Origin: an uncultured Gammaproteobacteria bacterium
GTDB taxonomy: Bacteria > Patescibacteriota > Microgenomatia > UBA10105 > UBA927
Assembly (NCBI GenBank): GCA_964515515.1
Contig: CAZERT010000001.1
Location: forward strand, 1-62,853
Reading direction: 5' to 3'
Length of the DNA stretch: 62,853 nt
The notes under the pieces were generated by a model, which was not told where the DNA came from, made no database searches, and worked only from the letters and a program-made list of their open reading frames with translations. Below, piece after piece: positions 36,053-47,682 of the stretch. The position numbers were made by a program, and so were the translations under genes. Every line of letters begins with the position of its first letter. The stretch's first letter is position 1.

Positions 36053-37657
36053 ATGATTATTGTACCGTACACATCTATGAATGTACCAGATGAACGTTAT
36101 CCCGAAGCACAATCACAGGAAGTTCCCCAGGAAGGAATAGTCTTTTCCGGACCCACCGATGTGGGGCAACCCATGTCTTTAGCACAGGAAATCCAGGGGA
36201 ATGAACATGATAGAGTTGAAACAGAAAACCAACCTCTCCAAACCCCAATAGAGGAACAACCATCTGTTGATACGCCGGTACATTCATCGTTTTTTCCATC
36301 ACAACAGATATCCCATGTAAACCCCTGGCCAAAACGCATACTGCTGCTTTTAGCATGTTGTGTATTGATTGCTGGCATGGCGATAATCTTGCGGTTTCTG
36401 TTATCGTCTTTTGGAACCACTTCACAAAAAGATAGTACGATCGTGTATTGGGGGGTGTTGGAAAATGAATCTATTATGCGCCCTGTCATTGATGCATTCC
36501 AGACAAAGAATCCCACGATTCACGTACAATATGTAAGTAATTCACTGAAAGATTATCGTGTGAAACTCCAAACACAGATTGCCCAAGGGGTGGGGCCGGA
36601 TGTTTATCGGTTTCATAATACATGGGTCGGAATGTTTCAGAATGATTTATCACCGGTTCCTTCTTCCATTATAACTACGGAGGAATTTGCATCCACATTT
36701 CCCAGAGTCATGAATTCCGATTTAGTTGCAGGCCAAACGATTTATGGAATTCCCCTTATGTATGATGGTCTTGCACTTTTATATAACAAGGAGCTTCTTA
36801 CTCAGGCAGGATTTTCTGCGCCTCCGGCAACATGGGAACAGCTTATTGCACCGGATGGCTATATTAAAAAACTTCTGGTTTTGGATGGGGAACGCATTAT
36901 CCGTTCGCCCATTGCACTTGGAACAACACAAAATATATCAAATTTTAGCGATATCGTTTCCCTTATGTTTATGCAAAATGGCGCTAATCTCGTGCGTCCG
37001 AGTGGTAAAGAAGCGGAGGAAACGCTCCTGTTTTGGAAAAAATTTGCTACACCGGGGGATGCGCAATATAGCTGGAATGAGTCGATGGACGATTCTCTTT
37101 TTGCATTTGCAAACGGTAGGGTTGCCATGATTTTTGCCTCATCTTGGGATGCACTGAAAATAAAAGAGATTGCCCCTTCGCTGCAATTTGGTATTGCTTC
37201 CGTTCCTCAATTGGCGGGCAGCCCGGTAAATTGGGCAAGTTATTGGGTAGAAGGAGTGTCATCAAAAAGCCAAAATCAGGAAGCTGCATGGAAATTTGTT
37301 CAGTTTTTAACAAGTGAAGAGGGAGCATCTCTTCTTTTTACGTCCGCACAGAAATCCCGTCTTTACGGTGAACCATACGCACGGCTTGATTTGATGGACA
37401 GGATTCGCGATGATGGGTACCTTGGACCGATCGTATCTATGGCAGAGACTGCGCGTTCATTCCCATTGGCATCAGGAACATTTGATGGTGATACAGGATT
37501 AAACACGATGATGATTGCCTATCTGAAGGAGGCGTTGGATTCCGTTTCTCAGGGAATATCACCCTCACAAGTATTGGAATTAATGCGTAAAGGATTTGCG
37601 GATATTTTGTTTTCATTTGGACTTATTGAACAATCATCTTCAACATCACAGGAATAG
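36053..37657 (+). CDS. Extracellular solute-binding protein (ABC type, family 1) with a long N-terminal extension and TM anchor
   Basis: The SBP_bac_1-like core includes DVYRFHNTW, IYGIPL and FASSW. The start is uncertain (36053 or 36077). Confidence 0.75.
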   Translation: MIIVPYTSMNVPDERYPEAQSQEVPQEGIVFSGPTDVGQPMSLAQEIQGNEHDRVETENQPLQTPIEEQPSVDTPVHSSFFPSQQISHVNPWPKRILLLLACCVLIAGMAIILRFLLSSFGTTSQKDSTIVYWGVLENESIMRPVIDAFQTKNPTIHVQYVSNSLKDYRVKLQTQIAQGVGPDVYRFHNTWVGMFQNDLSPVPSSIITTEEFASTFPRVMNSDLVAGQTIYGIPLMYDGLALLYNKELLTQAGFSAPPATWEQLIAPDGYIKKLLVLDGERIIRSPIALGTTQNISNFSDIVSLMFMQNGANLVRPSGKEAEETLLFWKKFATPGDAQYSWNESMDDSLFAFANGRVAMIFASSWDALKIKEIAPSLQFGIASVPQLAGSPVNWASYWVEGVSSKSQNQEAAWKFVQFLTSEEGASLLFTSAQKSRLYGEPYARLDLMDRIRDDGYLGPIVSMAETARSFPLASGTFDGDTGLNTMMIAYLKEALDSVSQGISPSQVLELMRKGFADILFSFGLIEQSSSTSQE

Positions 37658-37726
37658 ACGCAGTGTTTTGCCTGCAGATTGAAGCTGGGTGAAGAGTATG
37701 GTGTGATATTGATAAAAATATCCCAC

Positions 37727-37755
37727 TTGACAGGGTTGTGTAGTACCCATAAAAT
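37727..37755 (+). promoter_or_regulatory. Sigma70-type promoter of groESL
   Basis: TTGACA (37727-32), a 17-nt spacer, then TAAAAT (37750-55). Confidence 0.55.
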
Positions 37756-37779
37756 AGCAGTCACTTCATTCGACTGCCA
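37755..37779 (+). promoter_or_regulatory. CIRCE-like inverted repeat (putative HrcA operator variant)
   Basis: TAGCAGTC-N9-GACTGCCA compared with the canonical TTAGCACTC-N9-GAGTGCTAA. It starts at the last base of the -10 and extends downstream. Confidence 0.5.
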
Positions 37780-37834
37780 ACGAATGCGGCAATCGTATCT
37801 CTGTATAAATGCACTTTTGGAAAAAGGAGGAAAT

Positions 37835-38134
37835 ATGGCAAAAACGTCTATTGTTCCTTTGTTTGATAATGTGTTGATTAAACCGGTGAAAGGTGATGAT
37901 GTCCTTCCTTCAGGCATTGCCCTTCCCGATAGCGCAAAAGAAAAACCTCAGACTGGTATTATCATGGCTGTTGGACCCGGCGCAAAAAATGAGGATGGCG
38001 ATACTGTGAAGATGGAAGTAACTGTCGGGGAGAAAGTGTTATACAAAAAATGGGGAGGTCAGGAGGTTAAAGTAGGCGGTGAAGAATGGATGATTGTTGA
38101 ACAAAAAGATATTTTGGCAATAGTAAAAGAATAA
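37835..38134 (+). CDS. groES: Co-chaperonin GroES
   Basis: VPLFDNVLIKPV...GIALPDSAKEKPQTG.I.AVG.G. The SD is aaaggagg. Confidence 0.95.
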   Translation: MAKTSIVPLFDNVLIKPVKGDDVLPSGIALPDSAKEKPQTGIIMAVGPGAKNEDGDTVKMEVTVGEKVLYKKWGGQEVKVGGEEWMIVEQKDILAIVKE

Positions 38135-39802
<1,668 letters not shown>

Positions 39803-39828
39803 ATCATCCAATCACAACAAAACGACGT

Positions 39829-39866
39829 ACCATAATAATCCCCCGCGTTAAGCGGGGGATTATGGT
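39829..39866 (+). terminator. Strong stem-loop after groEL (non-canonical terminator, no T-run)
   Basis: ACC-ataATAATCCCCCGC-gttaa-GCGGGGGATTAT-GGT pairs 12 bp, then a 3-nt bulge, then 3 bp. Confidence 0.45.
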
Positions 39867-39884
39867 ATATACTCACAGTATTCT

Positions 39885-40514
39885 ATGGATGATTATGTGA
39901 AACAGACGATTGATGTGTATGATCAAACGGCATTCGAATATGCAAAAAAAGTAGAAAAATACGGGGTACCCAACGAACGGAAAAAATTCTGTACCCTCCT
40001 TCCCGAGGGTGGAAAAATCCTTGATGCTGGGTGTGGACCCGGAAGGGATAGTGCATATTTTATTGCCAATGGATTTTCTGTTGTAGGAGTGGATTTATCG
40101 GATAATCTCCTTACTATTGCCCGAAAGAAAGCCCCGGGGGGACAGTTTATCCACATGAACCTTCTTGGTCTTGATTTTCCCAATGCTACGTTTGATGGAA
40201 TATGGGCTTGTGCTTCACTTCATCATCTGCGTCATGCTGATGTTCCCGGTGTCATATCACGATGTTATACAATTTTGAAAGATTCAGGAGTTCTTTTTTT
40301 ATTAGTGAAGGCAGGCTCAGGTGAACACTTGAAAAAGGAGCCAAGTATACCGGATAAAAAAAGGTTTTTTTCGTACTACTCCACACAGTATGTAACGACT
40401 ATTTTACAGGATGCACATTTTCATATTTTTGATTGTTATGCGCTTGATGAAGGTGCGCTGTATCCGGAAAGAAAAGGCCAGTGGTGGATTGCCTGTTTTG
40501 CACAAAAAATATGA
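39885..40514 (+). CDS. Class I SAM-dependent methyltransferase
   Basis: Motif I is ILDAGCGPGRDS. Confidence 0.8.
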   Translation: MDDYVKQTIDVYDQTAFEYAKKVEKYGVPNERKKFCTLLPEGGKILDAGCGPGRDSAYFIANGFSVVGVDLSDNLLTIARKKAPGGQFIHMNLLGLDFPNATFDGIWACASLHHLRHADVPGVISRCYTILKDSGVLFLLVKAGSGEHLKKEPSIPDKKRFFSYYSTQYVTTILQDAHFHIFDCYALDEGALYPERKGQWWIACFAQKI

Positions 40515-41410
40515 GTCAAGCCTTGCGTCTTATTGAATGTACAACACTTGATCATCTTGTTCATCAGGGATTTTTCTATGAACCCCAAAAGAAGGGGAAA
40601 ATCGCGCTTGTGTGGGTGCATGGATTGACGGGGAATTTTTACCGGAATTTTTCCCTTCATAGAGCACTGATTGCGCAGTGTAAAAAACATGGATGGGCAT
40701 ATTTGTCATGTAATACCCGTGGACATGACATGCTTGCTTCCATACGGAAAGTCGACAACAGCACAGATTCGGGATTTACCAGGATACCAGCAGGCGCTGG
40801 CCAGGAAATATTTACGGATTGTGTGTATGACATACAGGCGTATGTCCAATATTTGGGAACATTGGGATACTCCCGGATGATTCTTATAGGTCACAGTACC
40901 GGGGCAAATAAAGTCTGTTATTATTCTGCCTCATATCCGTATGATGCACGTGTTGCTGGGGTTGTACTTATGAGTCCTATCCGTGACAGACTCACGGTTC
41001 CTTCGTATATGGAATGTATTCTTTGGATAATGAAGCGTTTGGTTGCGCTTGGCTTGGGAAAAAGGCCTCTATTTGTTCCTGGAGTATTTTTTCCAATAAC
41101 TCCCTATCGCTATGTGAGTTTGTTTTCCTGCGGATCGCCGGAAGACGTATTTACCTATGGGGACAAACCGTCTCGCTCGATGCATATGGTTTCCGGCATG
41201 AAACATCCGGCTTTCGTCGTCTTTGGGGAGGAAGATGAAATGGCAGATCGTCCGGTTGCGCTTATTCAGAAAGAATTTGATTCTCAGGTATATCGTTTAG
41301 CCTATACAAGTACCCGTATTGCCGGATCGGATCATGGGTTTGAAGGGTATGAACATACGGTAGCGGGGAAAATAGCCGGTTTTATACGGACGGTACTTGT
41401 AAAAAAATGA
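40511..41410 (+). CDS. Alpha/beta hydrolase
   Basis: The nucleophile elbow is GHSTG. It has an ATGA overlap with the methyltransferase gene. Confidence 0.75.
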   Translation: MSQALRLIECTTLDHLVHQGFFYEPQKKGKIALVWVHGLTGNFYRNFSLHRALIAQCKKHGWAYLSCNTRGHDMLASIRKVDNSTDSGFTRIPAGAGQEIFTDCVYDIQAYVQYLGTLGYSRMILIGHSTGANKVCYYSASYPYDARVAGVVLMSPIRDRLTVPSYMECILWIMKRLVALGLGKRPLFVPGVFFPITPYRYVSLFSCGSPEDVFTYGDKPSRSMHMVSGMKHPAFVVFGEEDEMADRPVALIQKEFDSQVYRLAYTSTRIAGSDHGFEGYEHTVAGKIAGFIRTVLVKK

Positions 41411-41468
41411 ATGTAAAAAGCATCCGCATCTACATGAGTTTTTCCGCCTGTGGTATGATAAAGGCCTC

Positions 41469-42398
41469 ATGAAGCAAAGGGTATACTTTATAGCCGGGGT
41501 TTTTTTGTTCGTTGGTCTTGCCATTTTGGTTATCCGGCTTGTGGTTGGATTGCAACCGAAACAGGGTGAACTCCGTATCGAAAGCCAACCTGAGGCTGCG
41601 GTGTATCTTAATAACAAATCAATTGGAAAAACACCAATAACTAAGCCGCTGTTAAAAGTCGATGCCGGAGAGCATACACTAAAGATTACAAGCGATATTT
41701 CTCCATCACTTGCTTCTTGGGAATCAAAAATCCGTATTGTTCCCAATACCGTGACAGCAGTTACGGTTGCCTTATCCGAATCGGAATTGACGAATCAATC
41801 CGATGTGTTATGGATGGAACACATCAGTGGCAAGAAGACAGAAGTCGTGTTTCAATCTGATCCGGATGGGGCTATCGTAATGGTGGATCAGGATATGAAA
41901 GGAGTCACACCACTGACACTTACGGATTTGCTCCCAGGAAATCATGAAGTATTTGTAAGTGCCCGCGGATATTTACCGCGCACAGTAACCGTGAAAGTCA
42001 CCCCAGGGTATAGAATAACCGCACAGTTCCAACTTGCACTGTCTCCGGGAACTGATGCAACGGCAACACCAACTCCATCACCAATCGCAACACAATCGGG
42101 ACAAATTTCACCGCCACCAACACCAACAGAGGATTCAAAAAGTTCTACAGGTACTCCGACGCCAAAAACACAGACGCAAATACCTGATCCAAAAAAACCG
42201 TATGCAATCGTAAAAGATACGCCAACGGGATTTTTGCGTCTCCGCATGGAACCGTCAACTGCAGCAACGGAGGTTGCAAAGCTTAATCCAGGGGAAAAAT
42301 TTACAATACTAAGCGAAGAATCCGGGTGGTATGAGCTTTTGTATTCTTCGACACAAAATGGATGGGCATCAGGGCAATATCTTACGAAGGTAGAATAA
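41469..42398 (+). CDS. PEGA-domain protein with a Pro/Thr linker and a C-terminal SH3b domain
   Basis: It has two PEGA-like repeats (VYLNNKSIGKTP; VMVDQDMKGVTPL) and an SH3b-like C-terminus (GWYELLY...GWASGQYL). Confidence 0.75.
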   Translation: MKQRVYFIAGVFLFVGLAILVIRLVVGLQPKQGELRIESQPEAAVYLNNKSIGKTPITKPLLKVDAGEHTLKITSDISPSLASWESKIRIVPNTVTAVTVALSESELTNQSDVLWMEHISGKKTEVVFQSDPDGAIVMVDQDMKGVTPLTLTDLLPGNHEVFVSARGYLPRTVTVKVTPGYRITAQFQLALSPGTDATATPTPSPIATQSGQISPPPTPTEDSKSSTGTPTPKTQTQIPDPKKPYAIVKDTPTGFLRLRMEPSTAATEVAKLNPGEKFTILSEESGWYELLYSSTQNGWASGQYLTKVE

Positions 42399-42411
42399 CA
42401 CGATCTTTCGT

Positions 42412-43350
42412 TTACCCTCCAATTCCATACATAATAAGAAACACAGTCATTCCCCAGAGTATAACGGTGGATAAAAGCGGTTTATCTGATGTCAGTATTT
42501 TTTCCGGAGATTCACCTTTTCCCTCATAGATGAGTTGCATATACCGCATGATGCCGTATAACACAAACGGGATAGTAATCATAAGCCATTTTCTATTGGG
42601 GAATTCCGATACAAATTGATCATATCCGATGAAAAAAAATCCTGTAGATTTTGGTTTTTCCAGGAATGTATAAAATGCATAGGATATAAATGTGGAATTG
42701 GCAAACATAGCGCTATATGCATCAAGAAGCTTTTCCGAATAGTGTGTCAGGCTATTTCGTGTGTCTGAAGGCACAACACCACGGTAGTGCGATAGAAGGG
42801 TAATTTCTGACCTTCGTTTTCCTGTTGCAAGAAAGAGAGCAAGGGAGAGTGCGGTAAGGGAGAGCCAAATGGAAATGTGATATCCCGTTGCTGCCTCGCC
42901 TGCGTAGACCCGAATAAAATATGCCGTTGTGATTGCAAGAATATCAATAACGCTGACATGCTTAAAAATAAGTGAATAGAGATATTGCAGCAGTACGAAG
43001 GATGCTGCCGTGAAAAAAAAGATGGTATTTATTCCAAATGCCAGATACAATCCTGTGATTAAAAAAAGAAATGAAACGGAGAGGGCAATCGGTATTGTAA
43101 GGACACCGCTTGCGACAGGACGGTATTTCTTGAACGGATGTTTTCTGTCTTTTGGCGCATCAAGCACATCATTAAGGATATATCCCGATGATGCAAGCAG
43201 ACAGAATACAAAAAATGATTGCAGTGATAGGGTAAAGACCTGTTGGTCAAATGCATGCCCCGAAAAGAGCATGGTCGTAAAGACAGCACAATTTTTTAGC
43301 CATTGTCTTGGCCGTGCTGCTTTGAGAATTGCGAGAAGAATCGTACCCAT
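42412..43350 (-). CDS. UbiA-family prenyltransferase, decaprenyl-phosphate phosphoribosyltransferase-like
   Basis: The N-terminus AARPRQWLKN is as in DPPR synthases, with NDxxD-type motifs (ILNDVLDAPKDRKH). The chosen start at 43350 overlaps the upstream gene by about 55 nt. Confidence 0.7.
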   Translation of the reverse strand: MGTILLAILKAARPRQWLKNCAVFTTMLFSGHAFDQQVFTLSLQSFFVFCLLASSGYILNDVLDAPKDRKHPFKKYRPVASGVLTIPIALSVSFLFLITGLYLAFGINTIFFFTAASFVLLQYLYSLIFKHVSVIDILAITTAYFIRVYAGEAATGYHISIWLSLTALSLALFLATGKRRSEITLLSHYRGVVPSDTRNSLTHYSEKLLDAYSAMFANSTFISYAFYTFLEKPKSTGFFFIGYDQFVSEFPNRKWLMITIPFVLYGIMRYMQLIYEGKGESPEKILTSDKPLLSTVILWGMTVFLIMYGIGG

Positions 43351-44384
43351 AGGAAAAATCCTCCAATGGTAATGGCAACGACAAGCATCGCAAATAGTTT
43401 TTGGGTACTGTTGACGCTTAGTGCAACCGCACCCAGTATAGCCGAGACACCCCAGTAAAACAAGGCAATTCTGCGTCTTCCCCACCCAAGATCAAGGAGT
43501 GCGTGATGCAAATGATTGCGATCCGCCCGTACGGGTGATGTTTTTTTTATGATTCTTTGGGTTAATATCCATACGGCGTCCATCATCGGTACCCCCAATA
43601 CAAGAAGTGCCGTGCCAAATTTTGCGTAAGAAAGGATTCCTAAAAGAGCTAAAAGAAAACCGGCAAGTGTTTTTCCTCCGTATCCGGGCATGATTTTTTG
43701 AGGATAAAAATTCCAAGGGATAAATCCGGCAAATGCTCCCGCAATGATGAAAGCTAATAGAGTAACAGGTAATTGAGATGGATCTATACCGCTAAATCGC
43801 ATGGATAATATTCCCAATATTAATGCGCTGATGGAAACAAATCCCGGCATTTGACCATCAACACCGGCAGACCAGCCAACGATATTCATCGTCCACATAA
43901 TCCAGACAAAGGCAATAATATCTGCCCAAAGCAGAATTGTGTGATCGGGAAAAAATGGAAGAGAAAGTCGTACGGTATCAAGAGGGATTACCCCTCCAGT
44001 GATGGGATTTGTGACAAAGGGAATTCCGGCTCCTCCTGCTATAACGATAAGTGCGGCAAGAGCATTGGTCCCCAGCCGAATGAATGGGGGAATGTCTTTT
44101 TTGTCATCCAGAAGCCCCATTGCAATAAGTAATGCACACGCAAGAAACGTAGAAAAAAATAATTTGGAAAAAGGGATGACGTATATGGAGGCAATCACAA
44201 CCCCAATAAAAATTGCTAACCCGCCAGCCCGGGGGATGCGACCCGTATGGGTATGTGCGGGATGATAGCGAGTTGCAGGATCATCGATAAGGCCGAATTT
44301 CTTTGCGAGATGAATAACCAGAGGTACGGCAATATACGTACCGATAGATCCAAGAAAAAAGTAGAGGAAAAATGTCGTATTCAT
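43296..44384 (-). CDS. Glycosyltransferase family 4 (WecA/MraY-like polyprenyl-phosphate sugar-1-phosphate transferase)
   Basis: IDDPATRYHPAHTHTGRIPRAGG, LLDDKKDI, ADRNHLHH. Confidence 0.85.
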   Translation of the reverse strand: MNTTFFLYFFLGSIGTYIAVPLVIHLAKKFGLIDDPATRYHPAHTHTGRIPRAGGLAIFIGVVIASIYVIPFSKLFFSTFLACALLIAMGLLDDKKDIPPFIRLGTNALAALIVIAGGAGIPFVTNPITGGVIPLDTVRLSLPFFPDHTILLWADIIAFVWIMWTMNIVGWSAGVDGQMPGFVSISALILGILSMRFSGIDPSQLPVTLLAFIIAGAFAGFIPWNFYPQKIMPGYGGKTLAGFLLALLGILSYAKFGTALLVLGVPMMDAVWILTQRIIKKTSPVRADRNHLHHALLDLGWGRRRIALFYWGVSAILGAVALSVNSTQKLFAMLVVAITIGGFFLWVRFFSQFSKQHGQDNG

Positions 44385-44390
44385 AGAGAG

Positions 44391-44786
44391 TCAGAGCATG
44401 ATAGAAATAATTTTTATGACGGAAAAAAATGATACGATACTTACGATAACGGAGCTTGTAAGAAGGAGTTGGGAAAACACCAGATACTCCCGGGTGATAA
44501 AAACAGCAAGGAGCACATCAAGACAGTACCATATGATGCTGGAAATTGGAAAAATAAACAGCCACAGCGGGTGTGCAAGTCTATCCGGTCCCCAAGGTTT
44601 GGAATACCACAGTGGAATCAAGGGAGGAAGTTTGGAAAACGCAAGAATTATAAGAAGTAAGGAAAGGCAATAAAGAAATAACACAAGAAACGTATCGACC
44701 ATAACAATTCGGTTGTTATATAAAATCCTCAGGTAGAATGATTTGGTTCCCGGTTTATTATTTTTTACTCGTATAGTACTGTCCAT
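44391..44786 (-). CDS. Membrane protein, hypothetical
   Basis: It has 3-4 TM helices and lies within the glycosylation operon. The start is uncertain (44786 or 44702). Confidence 0.5.
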   Translation of the reverse strand: MDSTIRVKNNKPGTKSFYLRILYNNRIVMVDTFLVLFLYCLSLLLIILAFSKLPPLIPLWYSKPWGPDRLAHPLWLFIFPISSIIWYCLDVLLAVFITREYLVFSQLLLTSSVIVSIVSFFSVIKIISIML

Positions 44787-44798
44787 GGGTGTTTTACG

Positions 44799-46151
44799 TT
44801 ATTGTGATAAGGGCATGGTATTTGTATCTATTGCATAAAGCACGGAATACGTTCCGTCTTTGGATAGGACATATGCTTTTTGTGGATATAAGGGGATGGT
44901 TGCTGTTACTTTTTGCGGTGAAAAGATTGCATCACCGATATACCAGGGGAACTTGGTACCCGTTGGAGCATAGAGAAAGAGTTTGTTTGGATTTGAAGCA
45001 TAATAGAGAGCTTCAGGATAGATGATCGGATCATCAACATAAATGAAATCATCCTTTTTCATCAGAAACGAAATTTCCTTCATCGGTGTACGGTAGTCGG
45101 CTTTTTTGTGTTGTTTAGGAAACCAAAGGGAAAATAATACAATACCGATCCCTAAGAAGAGAACTGACGGCACCCTCAGTGATAGAGGTTTTAGTGATAA
45201 AAGCGCATAGGGAATCAGAAGGATTTGAGCAATCGTAACAGGGATAAGATATCTGTTTACGAACAGGGGCTTTATCCCAATTGAGATAGACAGAATCATA
45301 CACAGGGGAACAAAAATCATAAGCAGGAAATAGCCTGTTTGATGTCTGGTAGTTTTATTGTTCCAAGCCAGGAAAAATATACCAAGCAGGGCTATGGACA
45401 AGTATGCAGTATACTTCCAGAAGTACCACGGTGTTCCATCATATCCCAAGAACATATTTCCCAATACCGATTTGATAAGTTGGAAATCTACGGGGAAATA
45501 CCAGGAATCCTTAAACTTCGGCATCATGTAAAATATGCGGATGATCCACGGAATGGATGCAACACCGATGAGGATAAGTGATCTTACCATCGGATCCCAG
45601 ATGATTTTTTTCGGAGATACTTTTTTGTGTATATGGATGTTTGTTAGTGCATAGTGGATGGCTGATACACCGATAACAAATACCATATATAGATGGGTGT
45701 AAAACCCAAAAATTGAAGAAAGGATAAAGAGCCTCCAGTCTTTCTTCAAATACGCACTCATGGCAAGCACAGCAAAGAGAATATACCAGCCATATGCGCG
45801 AACCTCAAATGCATAATAAAGAATCATCGGGTTAAAGAAAAATAGAAGCGGAGTTACCCAAGATAGCCAATGGGATTTAAATTCCCTTTCTGCCCACAAA
45901 ATTACTACGTACGAGGCAAGAAGGACTCCGAGTGTTGATAAGAGCCTGACAGCGATTTCCCCAGTCCCAAAAAGCTGAATCCATACTTTCAAAAGAACAT
46001 AATAGAATGGGGGTTCAACGGATGATTTTGTTACGATATCCGCTATGGGTTTAGCGGCAAAAAGCACGGAAAATGCTTCATCTCTCCAGAGAGGTTGGAC
46101 AAGGTACCACATTGGCGTAGAGGTCAAAAGAAATGTTATGAAGCCAGACAT
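44799..46151 (-). CDS. GT-C fold glycosyltransferase (family 39/83, ArnT/PMT-like)
   Basis: PLWRDEAFSV...EPPFYYVLLKVWIQLFGTGEIAVRLLS is a typical ArnT-like N-terminus. The protein is multi-pass membrane. Confidence 0.7.
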   Translation of the reverse strand: MSGFITFLLTSTPMWYLVQPLWRDEAFSVLFAAKPIADIVTKSSVEPPFYYVLLKVWIQLFGTGEIAVRLLSTLGVLLASYVVILWAEREFKSHWLSWVTPLLFFFNPMILYYAFEVRAYGWYILFAVLAMSAYLKKDWRLFILSSIFGFYTHLYMVFVIGVSAIHYALTNIHIHKKVSPKKIIWDPMVRSLILIGVASIPWIIRIFYMMPKFKDSWYFPVDFQLIKSVLGNMFLGYDGTPWYFWKYTAYLSIALLGIFFLAWNNKTTRHQTGYFLLMIFVPLCMILSISIGIKPLFVNRYLIPVTIAQILLIPYALLSLKPLSLRVPSVLFLGIGIVLFSLWFPKQHKKADYRTPMKEISFLMKKDDFIYVDDPIIYPEALYYASNPNKLFLYAPTGTKFPWYIGDAIFSPQKVTATIPLYPQKAYVLSKDGTYSVLYAIDTNTMPLSQ

Positions 46152-46191
46152 ATTAGTCTCCTTTTGCCAAAAAACGTGCGTTACAATTTTA

Positions 46192-47679
46192 TTATACCTT
46201 TTCCGTCACCCGATATTCCAATCGTTTTCCGATCATCAGACGCGTATGGGCATCAAGCCCCGGAAGTGCCGAGAGGAAGAAGGAGATTATTGGAAGCGTA
46301 AACCATTGAAGGTAGAGAAACGGTAATTTCCAGGCAGAATATTCGGATGGTTTTGGTGGTTTCATCCGGGCATCAATCAGAAAGACGATAATAAGAAATA
46401 TTGCCGAAAGTGTAAGGATTCCCGACGAAATGCGGGCAAGGTTGTGGCCAAGCATAGTTCTGCCAAATGCTGGATTTACAAGCGGTGGAAGGGTACTTCC
46501 CAGTGTTAATATAAACCAGTTTGATGGCCAGAGGATATGATGTTCAAGAATTTGTGCAACCCTCCGGAGACGATCTATAAATGGAATTTCCCCATGGGTA
46601 ATGGCGTTACGCAGCACATAGGGAATATCCGAAACACCCCATGCCCATCGTTTTGATTGCTCATACTGATTGACTATTGTTTTGAAAAACCCATGGCTTT
46701 CGGCTGCGTCCATCAGTATCGGGAGGAATATTCCTTTGGTTGCAACTTTTTGCCCTTTTGCAAAATAGACCTTAAAAAACAGATGGTAATCTTCGGGAAT
46801 TACATCAGGGTCCCAGAATCCAACATCAATGACAGTCTGATAGGAAAGGGAATATGTGGAGAAATTTATAAATTGTGCGGGATTTGAAAGGACTGCAAGA
46901 TTCTGAATGCTGCTTAAGGTGTTGAAAAATTTATTTGGAAGTGGGATGCGCCAAATATTGGAATAGAAAAGGATTGCTCCCTGGTAAAAATGATACGCCC
47001 GGTCCGGATCGGTAAGGAATGAATGTGTGAGGTAGGAAAAATATTTTGGATGTATGCGTGCATCGGCGTCACAGGATGTGACAGTTGTATAGGAAAATTG
47101 GATATTGCGTTTTTTAAGCATCGGGACTATTTCCTTTGCTGCGCTTGCCATATTGGATGATTTCCCCGCAATTTCGCCGGGTTTGAGTGTATGCGTTGTT
47201 ACGAAAAACCCTCCAAATTTTGATGAGAATTCTTTGCACAGCATTTCGGCGGTTTGGGGTGCCTGCTCATCTTTTTTTTCCGTTGCAAGCACGACAAGTA
47301 TTTTTTCTTTGGGATAATCTTGGATGGAAAGGTCGGTAAGAGTCCTTCTGAGGATGTGAAGAGGCTCCTTATATTCAGGGATAATAATTACGTGATGCAC
47401 ATTCCCATACTGGGGAAGAGCTGAAGCCTTTTCTTTCCAATCCACCTTAATATGTGCCTGAATTGTGAGATAGGAACGTACTGCAGAGACCGCAAGGGTA
47501 AAGGATTTATAAAACCAGTATACGTCAAAGGTAATGATAAAGTACGCGACAAGCGCAGGATGCCAGGATGAAAGCCAAAGCGGCATGGTAATAAGAAGCC
47601 AGGAAGAAAGGGGGATGAGAATTTCAAAAAATCGCTGGAACCATTGTTCGTGTAAAAGAAAAAAATGTCGCATAGACAT
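46192..47679 (-). CDS. Membrane-embedded family 2 glycosyltransferase (synthase-like)
   Basis: A GT2 core (VIIIPEYKEPL..., SCDADA) is flanked by N- and C-terminal TM helices. Confidence 0.75.
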   Translation of the reverse strand: MSMRHFFLLHEQWFQRFFEILIPLSSWLLITMPLWLSSWHPALVAYFIITFDVYWFYKSFTLAVSAVRSYLTIQAHIKVDWKEKASALPQYGNVHHVIIIPEYKEPLHILRRTLTDLSIQDYPKEKILVVLATEKKDEQAPQTAEMLCKEFSSKFGGFFVTTHTLKPGEIAGKSSNMASAAKEIVPMLKKRNIQFSYTTVTSCDADARIHPKYFSYLTHSFLTDPDRAYHFYQGAILFYSNIWRIPLPNKFFNTLSSIQNLAVLSNPAQFINFSTYSLSYQTVIDVGFWDPDVIPEDYHLFFKVYFAKGQKVATKGIFLPILMDAAESHGFFKTIVNQYEQSKRWAWGVSDIPYVLRNAITHGEIPFIDRLRRVAQILEHHILWPSNWFILTLGSTLPPLVNPAFGRTMLGHNLARISSGILTLSAIFLIIVFLIDARMKPPKPSEYSAWKLPFLYLQWFTLPIISFFLSALPGLDAHTRLMIGKRLEYRVTEKV

Positions 47680-47682
47680 CGT

